NCBI RefSeq assembly: GCF_001194135.2 | Contig: NC_069003.1 | Coordinates: 17,191,667-17,250,901, forward strand | DNA: 59,235 nt | Reading direction: 5' to 3' | Origin: Octopus bimaculoides | Taxonomy: Eukaryota | Shown here: positions 1-13,389 of the stretch, piece after piece | Numbering within the stretch: position 1 is the stretch's first letter | How the letters are laid out: the number at the start of each line of letters is the position of its first letter | Notes under the pieces: model-generated | Database searches by the model: none | Seen by the model: only the letters and a program-made list of their open reading frames with translations | Told to the model about the DNA's origin: nothing | Made by a program: the position numbers and the translations under genes

Positions 1-686
1 CCTTCCTAACACCAACCACTCCAATAGTGTAATGGGTGCTTTTACATGCCACTGTTGTGGGTGCCAATTTGCATGACACCAGTATCTGTTACGATAGTGA
101 TTTTGCTCAGCTTGATGGGTCTTCCCAAGCATGACATCTCAGACATTGCCTCCATGAAGCCCAAAGCTTGGAAGGATCTCAGGACATCCTAATATTATGT
201 GGTATATTGTTTCAGAAAAGAAACCACAAAGGAGACATTTGTCATCTATTTGTAGAAGATATAGATATTCCTTTCAATAAATTCAGCAGTGAGGGCCTGT
301 TCATGTATTCAGCATGCTGTTATGTTCCCTATTCAAGCCAAATTTCTTTATCTAGATGATGGATGAATGGATGCATATATGAGTGAGTGGGTGCATGCAT
401 GCATGCATGAATGCATACATTCATAGACACATGCATGCATGAGGAACAAAATAACAAAATAAGAGAAATAACTCAGAGTGGCCAGAAGCATGTATTTGAA
501 CAACATAGACAAATACAGGTACATCAAATACCATACAACATAAATTTTTGATTTATTAAAATCATCTCTGCCTCTAGAGAAAATGTCATAATTATCAAAT
601 AGCAATTAAGACCAGCCACATATCAGAAGGGAAGATAATCTCAAGAATCAAAAATTTATATATATATATATATATATATACATTGT

Positions 687-1055
687 GGAGGCGCAATGGC
701 CCAGTGGTTAGGGCAACGGACTCGCGGTTTCGATTCCCAGACTGGGCATTGTGAGTGTTTATTGAGCGAAAACACCTAAAGCTCCACAAGGCTCTGGTAG
801 GGGATGGTGGCAAACCCTGCTGTACTTTCACCACAACTTCCTCTCACTCTTACTTCCTGTTTCTGTTGTGCCTGTAATTCAAAGGGTCAGCCTTGTCACA
901 CTGTGTCACGCTGAATATCCTCGAGAACTATGTTAAGGGTACACGTGTCTGTGGAGTGCTCAGCCACTTGCACATTAATTTCACAAGCAGGCTGTTCCGT
1001 TGATTGTATCAACTGGAACCCTCGACATCATAAGCGACGGAGTGCCAACAACAAC
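687..1055 (+). mobile_element. tRNA-derived SINE
   Basis: A-box-like TGGCCCAGTGG and B-box-like GGTTTCGATTCCC at the head, a long non-tRNA body and a (CAA)n tail; lies between (TA)n tracts. Confidence 0.8.
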
Positions 1056-1108
<53 letters not shown>

Positions 1109-1154
1109 TATATATATGTAAATAATATGTAAATATATATATGTAAATAATATG

Positions 1155-1422
1155 TGACAATTATTCAGTAGCCATGATAAAACTCCAAGTTTCGGATGTC
1201 AGTGCGGAAACTCACGCCATCATCTCTTCAGTTATCTGGCCATCGAAAATGACAGTTAAACAAAGGGAAATTACTGTGTGGTTGACCGTTATTAAGACAA
1301 AAGAGCTATTAGAATGACAGTCCATACATACACATGTGCGCCCGCACACCCACGTACATGCACCTATATGTATATACTCATTCACCCTCACTTGAAACAC
1401 ACACATACTCACCCACATATTC

Positions 1423-1454
<32 letters not shown>

Positions 1455-2095
1455 CCCGCATACACATACGTGCAACACGCTTGCACACATATATTTCTTA
1501 TATATTTTTTAGATTTCTTTTACATATTTAGAGATATTGTTTTATAGGTTTACCGCTCATATATTTTTTCTGTATTCTACCTTCCACCCTGCTTTTTTCC
1601 TGTGCATATATAGACGTGTAAATGGAACCTTTTGTGCGCACTTGTGGATGTGTGCATGAGTGCGTATATAGACTGTGTGCATGCATGCAAGAATGTGCGC
1701 ATATAGACGTGGTTTACCCTTATGGCTTTTTTACACTTTTTCTCTATTTTGCCTTTAGCCCTGTTTTTTCTTGTGCATGTGCATATATAGACGTGTGTAT
1801 GAACCTTCTTTTTGCATGTGTATGTGTGCAAGCATGTTGCGCGCGCGTGTGAGCGTGTATATATATATATTTTTTCTGGCAAATGTGTGGGTGAGCATGT
1901 GTGTGTTTCAAGTGAGGTTGGATAAGTATATACATATAGACACATGTACGTGGGTGTGCAGGTGCGCATCTGTATGTATGGACTGTCATTCTAATAGCTC
2001 TTTTGTCTTAATAACGGTCAACCACACAGTAATTTCCCTTTGTTTAATGGTCATTTTCGATGGCCAGATAACTGAAGAGATGGCAGCATGAGTTC
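1155..2095. mobile_element. Inverted pair of a Penelope-like/retrozyme-like repeat
   Basis: About 1212-1490 is the reverse complement of about 1800-2095; the ORF track shows near-identical peptides on opposite strands (...VLITVNHTVISLCL.VIFDGQITEEM.A). The minus copy ends in a hammerhead-like motif and (TA)n. Confidence 0.6.
1171..1240 (-). ncRNA. Type I hammerhead ribozyme-like motif
   Basis: Minus strand reads GCCA-GATAA-CTGAAGA-GATG..CATC-C-GAAAC-TTGGA-GTT|TTATC-A-TGGC. It has the CUGANGA and GAAA core, stem II GATG/CATC, a short stem III, a GUU triplet and stem I GATAA/TTATC. There is one extra C before GAAA. Confidence 0.6.
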
Positions 2096-2754
2096 TGGCC
2101 ATTAATATTATGGTTTTACTCATAAATAATACTACCCCACATTAATGTATATCTTATTTTAACTAGATATGTTTATCTTGTTCTAATTATTATTGTTCCA
2201 TATAGTTTTAAACTTAGTAATTTAGTGTTTCATTGTATTATTCTAATTATACTGTAGAATAGATATATTTCTTTAATACCTTGACCTTAATTCCCTTACC
2301 TTAAATTTTTTCCAAATTCTTACCACTCCTTAGGGTATTGTCTTTCCATTTCCTTTTTTTTTTCCTCATGCTCCACTACTTAATCTATCTTCCTCTAAAT
2401 TTGAAATTACTACTATCCCTCCAATTAGATTTTAAATTCTTGTTTGATTCACTAGTCTGTTGAACATCAGCATAGTCAAGATGGTATGTTTTCTTCTCTT
2501 ACTCTTGTTTTTTGCAAACATCTTCAAAATGACTTTCTAAAATGAAATTCCATCATTGTACATTCTATGTGGTGTTCTCACTACATGAATAAATGGAGCT
2601 TGTACGAAACGTACGTACTGCTATAACCTATTGAATTTTTGTTGCTTAACTTCAAATTTTATTCACCAAATCTTTTGATTTTGTTTTTGGTTTTTACCCT
2701 ACCAAATTCTGGTGCCTCAAACATTTTAAGTACCACATTTAATCTTTTGATTAA

Positions 2755-3751
2755 NNNNNNNNNNNNNNNNNNNNNNNNNNNNNNNNNNNNNNNNNNNNNN
2801 NNNNNNNNNNNNNNNNNNNNNNNNNNNNNNNNNNNNNNNNNNNNNNNNNNNNNNNNNNNNNNNNNNNNNNNNNNNNNNNNNNNNNNNNNNNNNNNNNNNN
2901 NNNNNNNNNNNNNNNNNNNNNNNNNNNNNNNNNNNNNNNNNNNNNNNNNNNNNNNNNNNNNNNNNNNNNNNNNNNNNNNNNNNNNNNNNNNNNNNNNNNN
3001 NNNNNNNNNNNNNNNNNNNNNNNNNNNNNNNNNNNNNNNNNNNNNNNNNNNNNNNNNNNNNNNNNNNNNNNNNNNNNNNNNNNNNNNNNNNNNNNNNNNN
3101 NNNNNNNNNNNNNNNNNNNNNNNNNNNNNNNNNNNNNNNNNNNNNNNNNNNNNNNNNNNNNNNNNNNNNNNNNNNNNNNNNNNNNNNNNNNNNNNNNNNN
3201 NNNNNNNNNNNNNNNNNNNNNNNNNNNNNNNNNNNNNNNNNNNNNNNNNNNNNNNNNNNNNNNNNNNNNNNNNNNNNNNNNNNNNNNNNNNNNNNNNNNN
3301 NNNNNNNNNNNNNNNNNNNNNNNNNNNNNNNNNNNNNNNNNNNNNNNNNNNNNNNNNNNNNNNNNNNNNNNNNNNNNNNNNNNNNNNNNNNNNNNNNNNN
3401 NNNNNNNNNNNNNNNNNNNNNNNNNNNNNNNNNNNNNNNNNNNNNNNNNNNNNNNNNNNNNNNNNNNNNNNNNNNNNNNNNNNNNNNNNNNNNNNNNNNN
3501 NNNNNNNNNNNNNNNNNNNNNNNNNNNNNNNNNNNNNNNNNNNNNNNNNNNNNNNNNNNNNNNNNNNNNNNNNNNNNNNNNNNNNNNNNNNNNNNNNNNN
3601 NNNNNNNNNNNNNNNNNNNNNNNNNNNNNNNNNNNNNNNNNNNNNNNNNNNNNNNNNNNNNNNNNNNNNNNNNNNNNNNNNNNNNNNNNNNNNNNNNNNN
3701 NNNNNNNNNNNNNNNNNNNNNNNNNNNNNNNNNNNNNNNNNNNNNNNNNNN
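2755..3751. other. Assembly gap (N run); other gaps at 6785-7280, 27445-27537, 30622-30721, 45190-45605, 51450-51504, 58265-58274
   Basis: Runs of N in the sequence. Confidence 1.
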
Positions 3752-3940
3752 AGGTAACACGTAAAAGCACCCACTACACTCTCTGAGTGGTTGGCGTTAG
3801 GAAGGGCATCCAGCTGTAGAAACTCTGCCAGATCAGATTGGAGCCTGGTGTTGCCATCCGGTTTCACCAGTCCTCAGTCAAATCATCCAACCCATGCTAG
3901 CATGGAAAGCGGACGTTAAACGATGATGATGATGACGATG
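3752..3940 (+). mobile_element. Young high-copy SINE/RTE-tail repeat ending in (GAT)n; further copies at about 7281-7480, 23460-23740, 43550-43990, 51140-51560, 58990-59235
   Basis: The near-identical block ...CACCCACTACACTCTCTGAGTGGTTGGCGTTAGGAAGGGCATCCAGCTGTAGAAACTCTGCC...GGACGTTAAACGATGATGAT recurs in both orientations; two copies abut gaps. Confidence 0.8.
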
Positions 3941-5520
3941 GGCTTCTTTCAGTTTCCATCTACCAAATCCACTCACAAGGCTTTGGTCAGCCCGAGTCTA
4001 TAGTAGAAGACACTTGTCCAAGGTGCCACGCAGTGGGACTGAACCCAAAACCATGTGGTTGGAAAGCAATCTACTTACCACACAGCCACTCCTGTCCTCC
4101 ATATTTTATCAAGAAAATATCATTAATATTAGGATTACATACCTTATTCTGATTTGTCTGTAAATTCTACAAAATATTTAATGTCATATTTTCTTTTTTA
4201 TGATCCAGAATATTAATGAAAACAGGGCTGAAATCAATATATAGTAGTAGTAGTAGTAGTATGGGGACATGTGCTGTAACTGTATTGCTGCATCCACCAT
4301 TTGTTAGTGATTCCTTACTCCTGTTGGATGACTCCTTGGCATCACTCAGGCAACAACCCTCCAACCCATGGGTCAGTTTAGGCAGTCATTGCTGCTGAGG
4401 AATTTACGACACACAGAGGTGACGGTGGGTCTATTCTTTGACATGTCAGTCCTCACACAGCCCAAAATCAATATAACTCAACTAAAAATCATAATAGGGT
4501 TTAACCCTTTAGCATTTAAATGGGCCACATCTGGCCCAAATATTCTAACCTTTTTATGTTCAAACCAGCCAGGTTCAGCCTTTCACACCTACTTAAGAAT
4601 GGTATTTTAAAAATAAGCAAAGAAATTACTTTCTCTTGCTCTCTTCCTCTGATTGAGTAAGATTTTCTTTGCAGCAAGACACCTGTTCCTGTCCTTCTGT
4701 CACTATAACCTCTCATCACCTGATACAATGCCACCTTCTCCAATGCACCTCCATCAAAGGATTTTTGTCTTGCGAGTTACTTGGTGACTCTGCCAGTGTT
4801 GATGCCATCTAAAAAGCATCCACTCCATACTGCAGGGTGGTTGGCATTTGGAAGGGCATCCAATTGTAAAAACCATGCCAAAACAGACTTTGCTAGTGCT
4901 GGTGCCACATAGATAGCACTGCCCACTCTGTGAGGTGATTGGTGTCAGGAAGGTCATCCAACTGTAAAAAACATGCCAAAAAAACTGACAGTGAAGCCTA
5001 GTGCAGTCTTCTGGTTTGCCTATACCTGACAAACCATCCAACCCATGCCAGCACAGAAAATAATGATGATGATTATGATGATGATGAAGATGATCATAGA
5101 AATCTGAAAGCTGTGAGATAATCCATGATCAATTCAAAATAATTTGAATAAAATAAGTATTACATTTTACAGAATAATCTTAATGCTAAAGAGTTGAAGG
5201 ACAATCAATATTTCAATCAACATCATTATCACCACCATCATCTTTTAATGTCTGTCTTCCATGCTGGCTTGGGTTGGATGGTTTGACAGAATCCGATGGA
5301 TCAAAGGACAATGCAGTGCTCCAATGTCTGCGTTGATATGGTTTCTGTGCTTGGATGCTTTTCCTAATGCCAACCACTTTACAGCATGTACTGGTTGCTT
5401 TTGTCATGGCATCAACATCAGTTAGGCCACCAAGTAACTTGCAAGACTAAGACATCCCATTGACTGAATGGGGCTAAAGTAGAGAGGGTGGTAGCTTTAT
5501 GGTAGGTGATAAAAGGTTAG

Positions 5521-5820
5521 AGAGTGGTTCCCAAAGTGGGTAGTACTGACACCTTGGGGTTGGTGGAAAGATCCAGTGGAGATGCATTGAAGAAAAGTTG
5601 GGTGATAATGAGGTGGGGTGGCCAAAAGTGGGTGATGGATGTAAAAGCAACAAAATAATGAGTTAATTAGGTTTAGTTTTATTTGTGAAATACAGTTGTT
5701 TAGAATTTGTTGCAGAAAGTGTTTGTAGTGATGAGTGTGTGTGTGTGTGGGGGGGGGGGGAGACTAGGAATGTGACCCGAGTGCCAAGGTGGCAGCCCAA
5801 AAAGTTTGGGAACTGCTGGG
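5521..5820. mobile_element. hAT/Charlie-like MITE (degenerate)
   Basis: Starts GAGTGGTTCCCAAAGTGG and ends AAGTTTGGGAACTGCTG; internal sequence matches the TSD-flanked copy at 50531-50807. Confidence 0.65.
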
Positions 5821-6340
5821 TTAGAGTATGAAGGAATGAATACTTTTTTCTAGCTTTATTATACTCAACTAGACTCACATTCTTTAGTATGCTCTCAATT
5901 TTTCATAAGGATAAAATATGTATATCCGAATTTGTTATCTACTATTTCTTTCATCAAGTCTTCTGTAATAATAATAATTTTTTGTTGTATACTTCTTGCA
6001 CTGAGGAGAACAGTGATATGTAATTAATTTAATTTAATCAAATTAATTTTAATTATTCTACCATTTTTTTTATATGTTAATATCACTGTTTGAAAAGATC
6101 GTATGCATGTATTAAACTTCTTTCGAATTTTAACATCTTCTCTTCTCCATTTTTAACAAATTTGTTGAGTTTCTACGGGATACCTTTCCTTAAATTCTCT
6201 TAACTTACCATATACATGTAATATTTTCATGTTCACAAAAATCTTACACCAGTAACCTATCAGCAAAATATGAAGAATCTTTGTTAGAAATCGCCCTTTG
6301 GAACCTTTTCTCTCTCTCTCTCTTACACACACACACAGAT

Positions 6341-7650
6341 ATTACATGGAAAAATGCAAGCAAAAGAAATAATATTCTTAAGATTATAAACCTGGAAAAT
6401 TACAGGACAAGTTATTACACTTGGAAAAGTTCAGGATAACTTATTACATCTGGTGAAGTACAGAACAAGAAAAATTTTACTTGAAATATTGCAGCTAAGG
6501 ATAAAATTTCAAATAAAATAGATTTAGAAAATATTAGCTTTTATTAAAACTAAAAATTTTATTACAAGCTATTACTTCTATTTGTTATTACTTGTTACTT
6601 CTATTAAAAATGAAAAAATAACTCAAAATATTTTTTGCACTTTAAAAAAAAATTCAATTTTTAATTATTAATTAATAATTAGAAATTTGAAAATAGGTTA
6701 TAAAAAATAATAGTAGTACATAATTAGTTAGTACGATAAATAGAATAATACAAAAATTAGTTATATATTACAGTAAAATCTACTNNNNNNNNNNNNNNNN
6801 NNNNNNNNNNNNNNNNNNNNNNNNNNNNNNNNNNNNNNNNNNNNNNNNNNNNNNNNNNNNNNNNNNNNNNNNNNNNNNNNNNNNNNNNNNNNNNNNNNNN
6901 NNNNNNNNNNNNNNNNNNNNNNNNNNNNNNNNNNNNNNNNNNNNNNNNNNNNNNNNNNNNNNNNNNNNNNNNNNNNNNNNNNNNNNNNNNNNNNNNNNNN
7001 NNNNNNNNNNNNNNNNNNNNNNNNNNNNNNNNNNNNNNNNNNNNNNNNNNNNNNNNNNNNNNNNNNNNNNNNNNNNNNNNNNNNNNNNNNNNNNNNNNNN
7101 NNNNNNNNNNNNNNNNNNNNNNNNNNNNNNNNNNNNNNNNNNNNNNNNNNNNNNNNNNNNNNNNNNNNNNNNNNNNNNNNNNNNNNNNNNNNNNNNNNNN
7201 NNNNNNNNNNNNNNNNNNNNNNNNNNNNNNNNNNNNNNNNNNNNNNNNNNNNNNNNNNNNNNNNNNNNNNNNNNNNNNNTTCGTGCGGGTGACACGTAAA
7301 AGCACCCACTACACTCTCTGAGTGGTTGGCGTTAGGAAGGGCATCCAGCTGTAGAAACTCTGCCAAATCAGACTGGAGCCTGGTGTTGCCATCCGGTTTC
7401 ACCAGTCCTCAGTCAAATCGTCCAACCCATGCTAGCATGGAAAGCGGACGTTAAACGATGATGATGATGATGATGATGATTCAAATTTTATCCTTAGCTG
7501 CAATATTTTAAGTAAAAATTTTCTTGTTCTGTACTTTACCAGATGTAATAAGTTGTCTTGAATTTTTCCAAGTGTAATAACTTGTCCTGTAATATTCCAG
7601 GTTTATAATCTTAAGAATATTATTTCTCTTGTTCGCATTTTTCCATGTAA
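6341..7650. repeat. Inverted repeat of about 190-bp arms flanking a gap and a SINE
   Basis: About 6341-6532 (ATTACATGGAAAAATGC...GCAGCTAAGGATAAAATTT) is a diverged reverse complement of about 7481-7650. Confidence 0.75.
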
Positions 7651-8509
7651 TCCCTGTTTTTTCCAGGCGATGCTATTATGCTAATCAATAATATGTCAAT
7701 TAGTGGTGTTGTTGATAATTCTTACCTTACCTCAATGGCGCTGGTGACATATATTAAAAGTCCCCTTATAGAACTATATTGTCACCCTCAAATTTGAGAA
7801 ATAAACACTCATAACTTTTTTCTTTTAAAACTTCATTGAGCTCTATCATTTAAGCTTAATTAAAATATAGTTTGTTTTTAAAATAAATAAGTTAATTATA
7901 CTTAAATTCAATTTTTTGCCTTACTTATATATTTTTTTCATGATATTTTACCCTCACAGTTTTTCGATACAAATTTTTGTTGCATGGGAACAAAACTATG
8001 AAATTTTTCATGCTTTCTTCTATCATTGAAGCTAAGATAAATATATTTTGCTTTTAAAATAAAAATGTTATTTAGATCTAAACTTGAATGGTTGCGTTAC
8101 TTACTATCCTACAAATTTTGATGTAAACTTTTTACTACTGGATCAAATCTCAAATTTTCAATGCCAAAATGTAGCAAGGGATCAGTCCTCTTCAAAAATG
8201 TTAACAGTTTTCAATTTGGTTATGAACCGAATTAACGACAAGCTCTGAAAGATGCTGCATGTGAGTAAATTGCAACCTTAAGAATATTATTCAACAACAG
8301 TCATAGTTGAATGATATATATATAGGCACAGGCATGGCTGTTCGGTAAGAAGTTTGCTTTTCAACCACATGGTTCCAGGTTCAGTCCCACTGAGTAAGTG
8401 TCTTCTACTATAGCTTTGGGCCTTGTGAGTGGATTTGTTAGTTGGAAACTGAAAGAAGCCCATCATGTATATATATATCTGTAATATAATATGTGACAAT
8501 AATTCGGTT

Positions 8510-8580
8510 GCCATAATAAAACTCTGAGTTTTGGATGTCGGGGTGGAAACCTGCACCGGCATCTCTTCAGTTATTGAGGC
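8510..8580 (-). ncRNA. Degenerate hammerhead-like motif of the same family as 1171-1240
   Basis: Minus strand AATAA-CTGAAGA-GATG..CATC-C-AAAAC-TCAGA-GTT|TTATT. Core G12 is changed to A, so it is probably inactive; stem I is AATAA/TTATT. Confidence 0.45.
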
Positions 8581-9479
8581 AATCAAGATATGCTATGAAA
8601 ATGTATGTATCTGTGTGTGTGTCTGTGTTTGTTCCCCATCACCACTTGACAACCGGTGTTGGTATGTTTACGTCCCCATAACTTAGCAGTTCAGCAAAAG
8701 AGATTGATACAATAAGTACTAGGCTTAAAACAAATTAAGCCCTGGGGTTGATTTGTTCGACTAAAACCTTTCAAGCCGGTGCCCCAGCATGGCAACAGTC
8801 AAATGACTGAAACAAGTAAAAGATAAAAGATATGTGAGTTTGCGTCTGTGTGGGGGGGTCTTTGTGCCTGTGTTTGTCCCCCACCACTGCTTGACAACCA
8901 GTGTGTCAGTTTGTTTACATTCCCATAATTTGGTTTTACAGCAAAATAGAATAAGTACCAGACTTAAAAAAGAAAATAAGTACTGGGATTGATTTGTTTG
9001 ACTAATATCTTCAAGGCTGTGCCCAAGCATGGCCACAATTCAATTGCAGAAACAAGATAAAAGAGATCCCCCCTGCCCCAAAACGAAACAAAACAGTTCA
9101 TGAAGAATTCAACATATAACAATGAATAAAAAAACCAAGGAATAGATTCCTCACACACATTAATGGGATAGACTTGTCTATAGGATCATTAAAAAATAAA
9201 ATGTACTGTATCAGTTATTGTGAAATAAATTACCTCAGTGGAAACGATCGAGCTCTAAAATTGTGAATGTAGTGTTGTTTCATGTAATCTATTATTTAGA
9301 AAACCTTCCTGGTTCTTTACATTCTGAGTTCAAACCCCGCTAAGGTCAATTACACTTTTCATCTTTTGAGGTTGATAAAATAAAGTACCAGTCACATACT
9401 GAGACTGATGTAACTGACTTATCCTTCCCCTAAAATTGCTGACCATGTACCAAAATTTGAAACCATTATTTAGAAAGCC

Positions 9480-11700
9480 TGGCCACACTTCCATGTCTCA
9501 TGATAATAGTGAGATGATCTGAAATTTATGATGAGGAAACAGATACCATGATACATACTCTTCACAAATTGGCCCAAACAAGTTGTTTAGTCCAACATGG
9601 TCACAAGAATTTAACTTGAACATGGGGGTTCATCCCTAGCAAGGATTACTCCTGTATAAAAATCTTTATCATATGAGAGTACACACTGCTGGTATGACAC
9701 TTCGGGATCTTCTCAAAGATTTGTGACTGGTCTGTGACACAGTAGTTGGCACCATCATGGCGGTAGCTTTATGGCATAGCTGAAATATTAGTTATTCCAA
9801 CACTCAGAAAGGAAATACTTTCTGGGACAGCCACCTACAACTGACACCATGAGATATTATCTCACCCGAAGCATTAATTTCCTCCTGATATATTCTCATG
9901 GTTTCAAGATAAGTTTACAGGTACACACTCAAGAATTTCATCATGAATAAAGAACAACTGAATATGAGTGTTGGTTTTTCCAAAAGGGCTTTGGAGATTT
10001 TGAATGTTCTAACCATAGTCATTATCATCTCAGTAGTTCTATTCAGCAAGGGTGTGGGGCCTAGTGGTAAGTGTGTTGCACTCATGATTACAAGATTGTG
10101 GGTTCAATTCTTGGACCAGGCAGCACATTGTGCTCTTGAGCAAAATACTTCATTTCATGTTACTTTGTCATCTGATGTATAATACACTGCTTACCTGTAT
10201 GCAGGTAATGGTAATTTCATCAAGGGAGAGAACTTATGTACCGAATAACAATTTGATTGCTATAAACACATCGTTTACGTAGGTTGTTCAGCAAGAAGTT
10301 GTAAAACCATTTTTCCTGAATTTGAAAAACTACAATTGCTTAGTTCTATTCACAGCTACACTAATATCATATACTATGGCACACCTCAAAAATTCCAAAT
10401 CCCTGCTTTGACACCTTATATCTCCAAACCACAGCTGAACAGAGGGAAAAATGCCCTTCTGTAAATGGTGGGAATAAGGACCAACACAGAAACCTTAAGG
10501 TACATTTTCTGCAGAATCCAACACAAGATTCAGATGAATCAATACAGCTGCAGAAGGTTTTGTGTTTTGGTAAGGATATTGTGCAGAAGCAGGTCTGTTC
10601 TTGGTTACTATCTGCATAAACAAACCCATCAATGTAGTGTTTCCTCTTTGTGAGATGATCCAAAGTGCACTGCTTAGATATCATGATAGCACTTGTAAAT
10701 AAAACTCCCAGAAAAATCTAGATGGATTAAATATTTCTCAAGGACTCTGCTCTCTCAGACCTTAGCACTTAGTAGTTGGTATAATGCTGCTTCATACCGA
10801 AGAAAAGCTTTTAGAACTTACTTAAACACATAAAACTATTCAACAAGTTGCTCCTGTTAGCCTTTCTCTTTTTTGACCCTACCTGAAAGTATCTGTTTAC
10901 CTTCTCACCTGTCCCTTAATGGGTACAGGACACTTTTTCAGCACTGTCATATGTACTCTAGAAGAGAACTGTTTTCTCTTTGTACTTTTCACACACTCTA
11001 TACATACAACTCCTGCTGGCAGTACCACAACAAACAGGTTTGGCAAATCTCTCTAGATCAGAAGTCCCAATCAGCTTCAGCTCACAAAACTTTTTTGCCA
11101 GAAAGCTTAGATTCTTGTGTAGTTTGCACATACAGTCTCATAAGCAGACAGGGGTACACAACCTTTAAAAGGATGTAGCAGCAAAATTCAGTGAATGAGA
11201 TTCTCAGATTGGTCTCTGCTAGAAATTTTCTGTGGAATTTTTCCTTTTGTATCTACAAGGAACAATTTCTCCTGCATCATCACTTTGGAATGGTTTGTAT
11301 TTTTTCCGGTATTTATTCCACTGACATCACCTCTTGTAAAGGTCTTCATGTTCTCTGTAGACGTATTTGTGTATCTGGTGAAAATATTGAACATAAGAAA
11401 GCATAAAGAATTTCAGTTCACATCAAAGACTACAAATAAGTAGTTTGCTAAGAGATGATAAACATTGAAACCAATTTATAAGAATACAGAAAAAAACGTG
11501 ACAGAAATTGAAGATTTTGGGTAATAGCAGTCATAATTCCATATTTTGTGAAGACATTAACATCACAAGGCCTGTCCAAAGCATTTTCATAAGTTGTCCT
11601 AAATGTCCATGCTTGTTTCCAGACTTTTAGTTAGCCCTTGTTTCATATGTTCTGAGTAATAGAAAGCTTTCCTTTCATAAGTCCCAAGTTACTCTTGCGG
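9480..11700 (-). pseudogene. Decayed DNA-transposon transposase, Sola2-like (superfamily inferred), interrupted by a SINE at about 10030-10310
   Basis: Broken minus-strand peptides occur in the expected order: SDLERFAKPVCCGTASRSCMYRVCEK, IHLDFSGSF..YHDI*AVHFGSSHK, CFCTIS, GIFEVCHS. They resemble my recollection of the HIDFSENY / HFG / SFCTIS / WNFFEAxHGKG motifs. Many stops and frameshifts. Confidence 0.5.
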
Positions 11701-13389
11701 TTGAAAAACAATTGGGTATGTGTATCGTAAATGATGTGAAGGCACATGGCCAAGTAGTTAGGGTGTTGCACTCACAATTACTAGATTGTGGGACTCAATT
11801 TGCATGTTGTCTTCATGAGCAAAAGCAGCATGTTGCCTTCATGAGTAAAACACTTCATTTCACATTGCTCTAATGCTGTGTGAGGACTGCCAAAGAATAG
11901 TTATGCTTTCTCTGTGTGTCATAAAAGCTAACTAAAAGAGATTTTGGTAAGATTTGCACTTTGACCTCATAAACTTAACCAGCAACAACTATCCAAACAG
12001 ATCCATGAGTTGGAGGGTTGTCACCTGAGTGGTGTGAATGTGTCATGCACCAGGAGGAGCAAGTCATCAACGAATGGTGGATGCAGCAATGAGCTGTTAC
12101 AACACATGCCTCTATACTACTACTACCACTTCAATGTATGGACACCAGGGAAATATGTCTTGTGTATCACATGTCATACACAGGACAAACACAAGGGTAA
12201 TAACTTGATACAGTTGTTCTATTTTGCAGTATTTCTGTTTAATTTTCATAAACAATTGTTCACATTTATTCATATCATACAGTTAAAAATGTTGAGACTG
12301 AATATTTCAATGTGAAAATAAAAACCATGAAATATAATCTTTTACTTGTTTCAGTCATTACACTGGCTATGCTGGGCTGTTGCCTTGAAAGATTTTTAAT
12401 TGAATGAAGTGACTCCAGCACATATTTTTTTTAAAAACCTGGTACTTATTCTAGCGACATGTAAACAAACCATCACTGGTTTGGGGTAGAGGACAAACAC
12501 AAAGACAAATGCACATACACATGATACACATATATGTATGATGGGCTTCTTTCATTGTCTGTTTACCAAATCCACTCACAAGGCTTTGGTTGACCTAGGG
12601 TTATAGTAGAAGATGCTTGCCCAAGATTCCAGTGGGATAGAACCTGGAACTACATGGTTAGGAAGCAAACTTCTTACCACACAGCCATGCCTGTGCATAT
12701 TGGTAAGATATACTGAAAAAAAAAAAAAGAATTTTGAAACATGCCATTCTCTGCAGCATGTTCAAAAAGACTTGTGTAATATCATTTCTTTCTGCAAGCT
12801 GTTGTCACAGGTACTGAATTATTATTTTCCAGTTGGGTTGGGGGGAGGGGAAGTAAGTTGTATTAATGTAGAAAAAAAAATTAACTAGGGGATGTATATC
12901 AATAATTCAATTTCGCAGATAATTAATGTAATTTTTTGGACAAAAATTATTTTTGGTTAAATTAGATGAACATATAGGCACAGGCATGGCTTTGTGGTAA
13001 GAAGCTTGCTTCCAAACCACAAAGCTTCAGGCTCAGTCCCACTGCATGACCCTTGGGGAAATGTCTTCTATTTTAGCTCAGAGCCAACCAATGCTTTGTA
13101 AATGGATTTGGTAGATGAAAACTGAAAGAAGCCCATTGTGTATAAATATATCAATTAAACATAAGGATAAAATCTATATAAATAACCAGCATGTAAAACC
13201 AATTAAGGTAAAAAATTAATACAAGTATATAATTTTTTTAAATACATTATTACACTAAGGGCTGTTACTATGAGTAAAGCCACTTTTGATAAAGTAGTTT
13301 GACTTTAGCGTCCCTTTCCAGCATGTGGCTTTACTTATAGTAACAACCCTTAATATAATAATGTATATAAATATATACATATAAATTTT

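Noticed and set aside
168-359. Possible terminal exon of an upstream plus-strand gene (TTTCAG|..KRNHKGDICHLFVEDIDIPF..*)
   Set aside because: An acceptor-like site is present, but I recognise no protein and see no partner exon; it needs a homology or RNA-seq check.
930-2091. Many short ORFs rich in YIYI/HTHT/VCVC
   Set aside because: Translations of (TA)n/(CA)n microsatellites and repeat bodies.
2639-3867. Long ORFs spanning N runs (also 6757-7402, 45075-45704, 51305-51799)
   Set aside because: They consist of X translated from gaps plus SINE sequence; not coding evidence.
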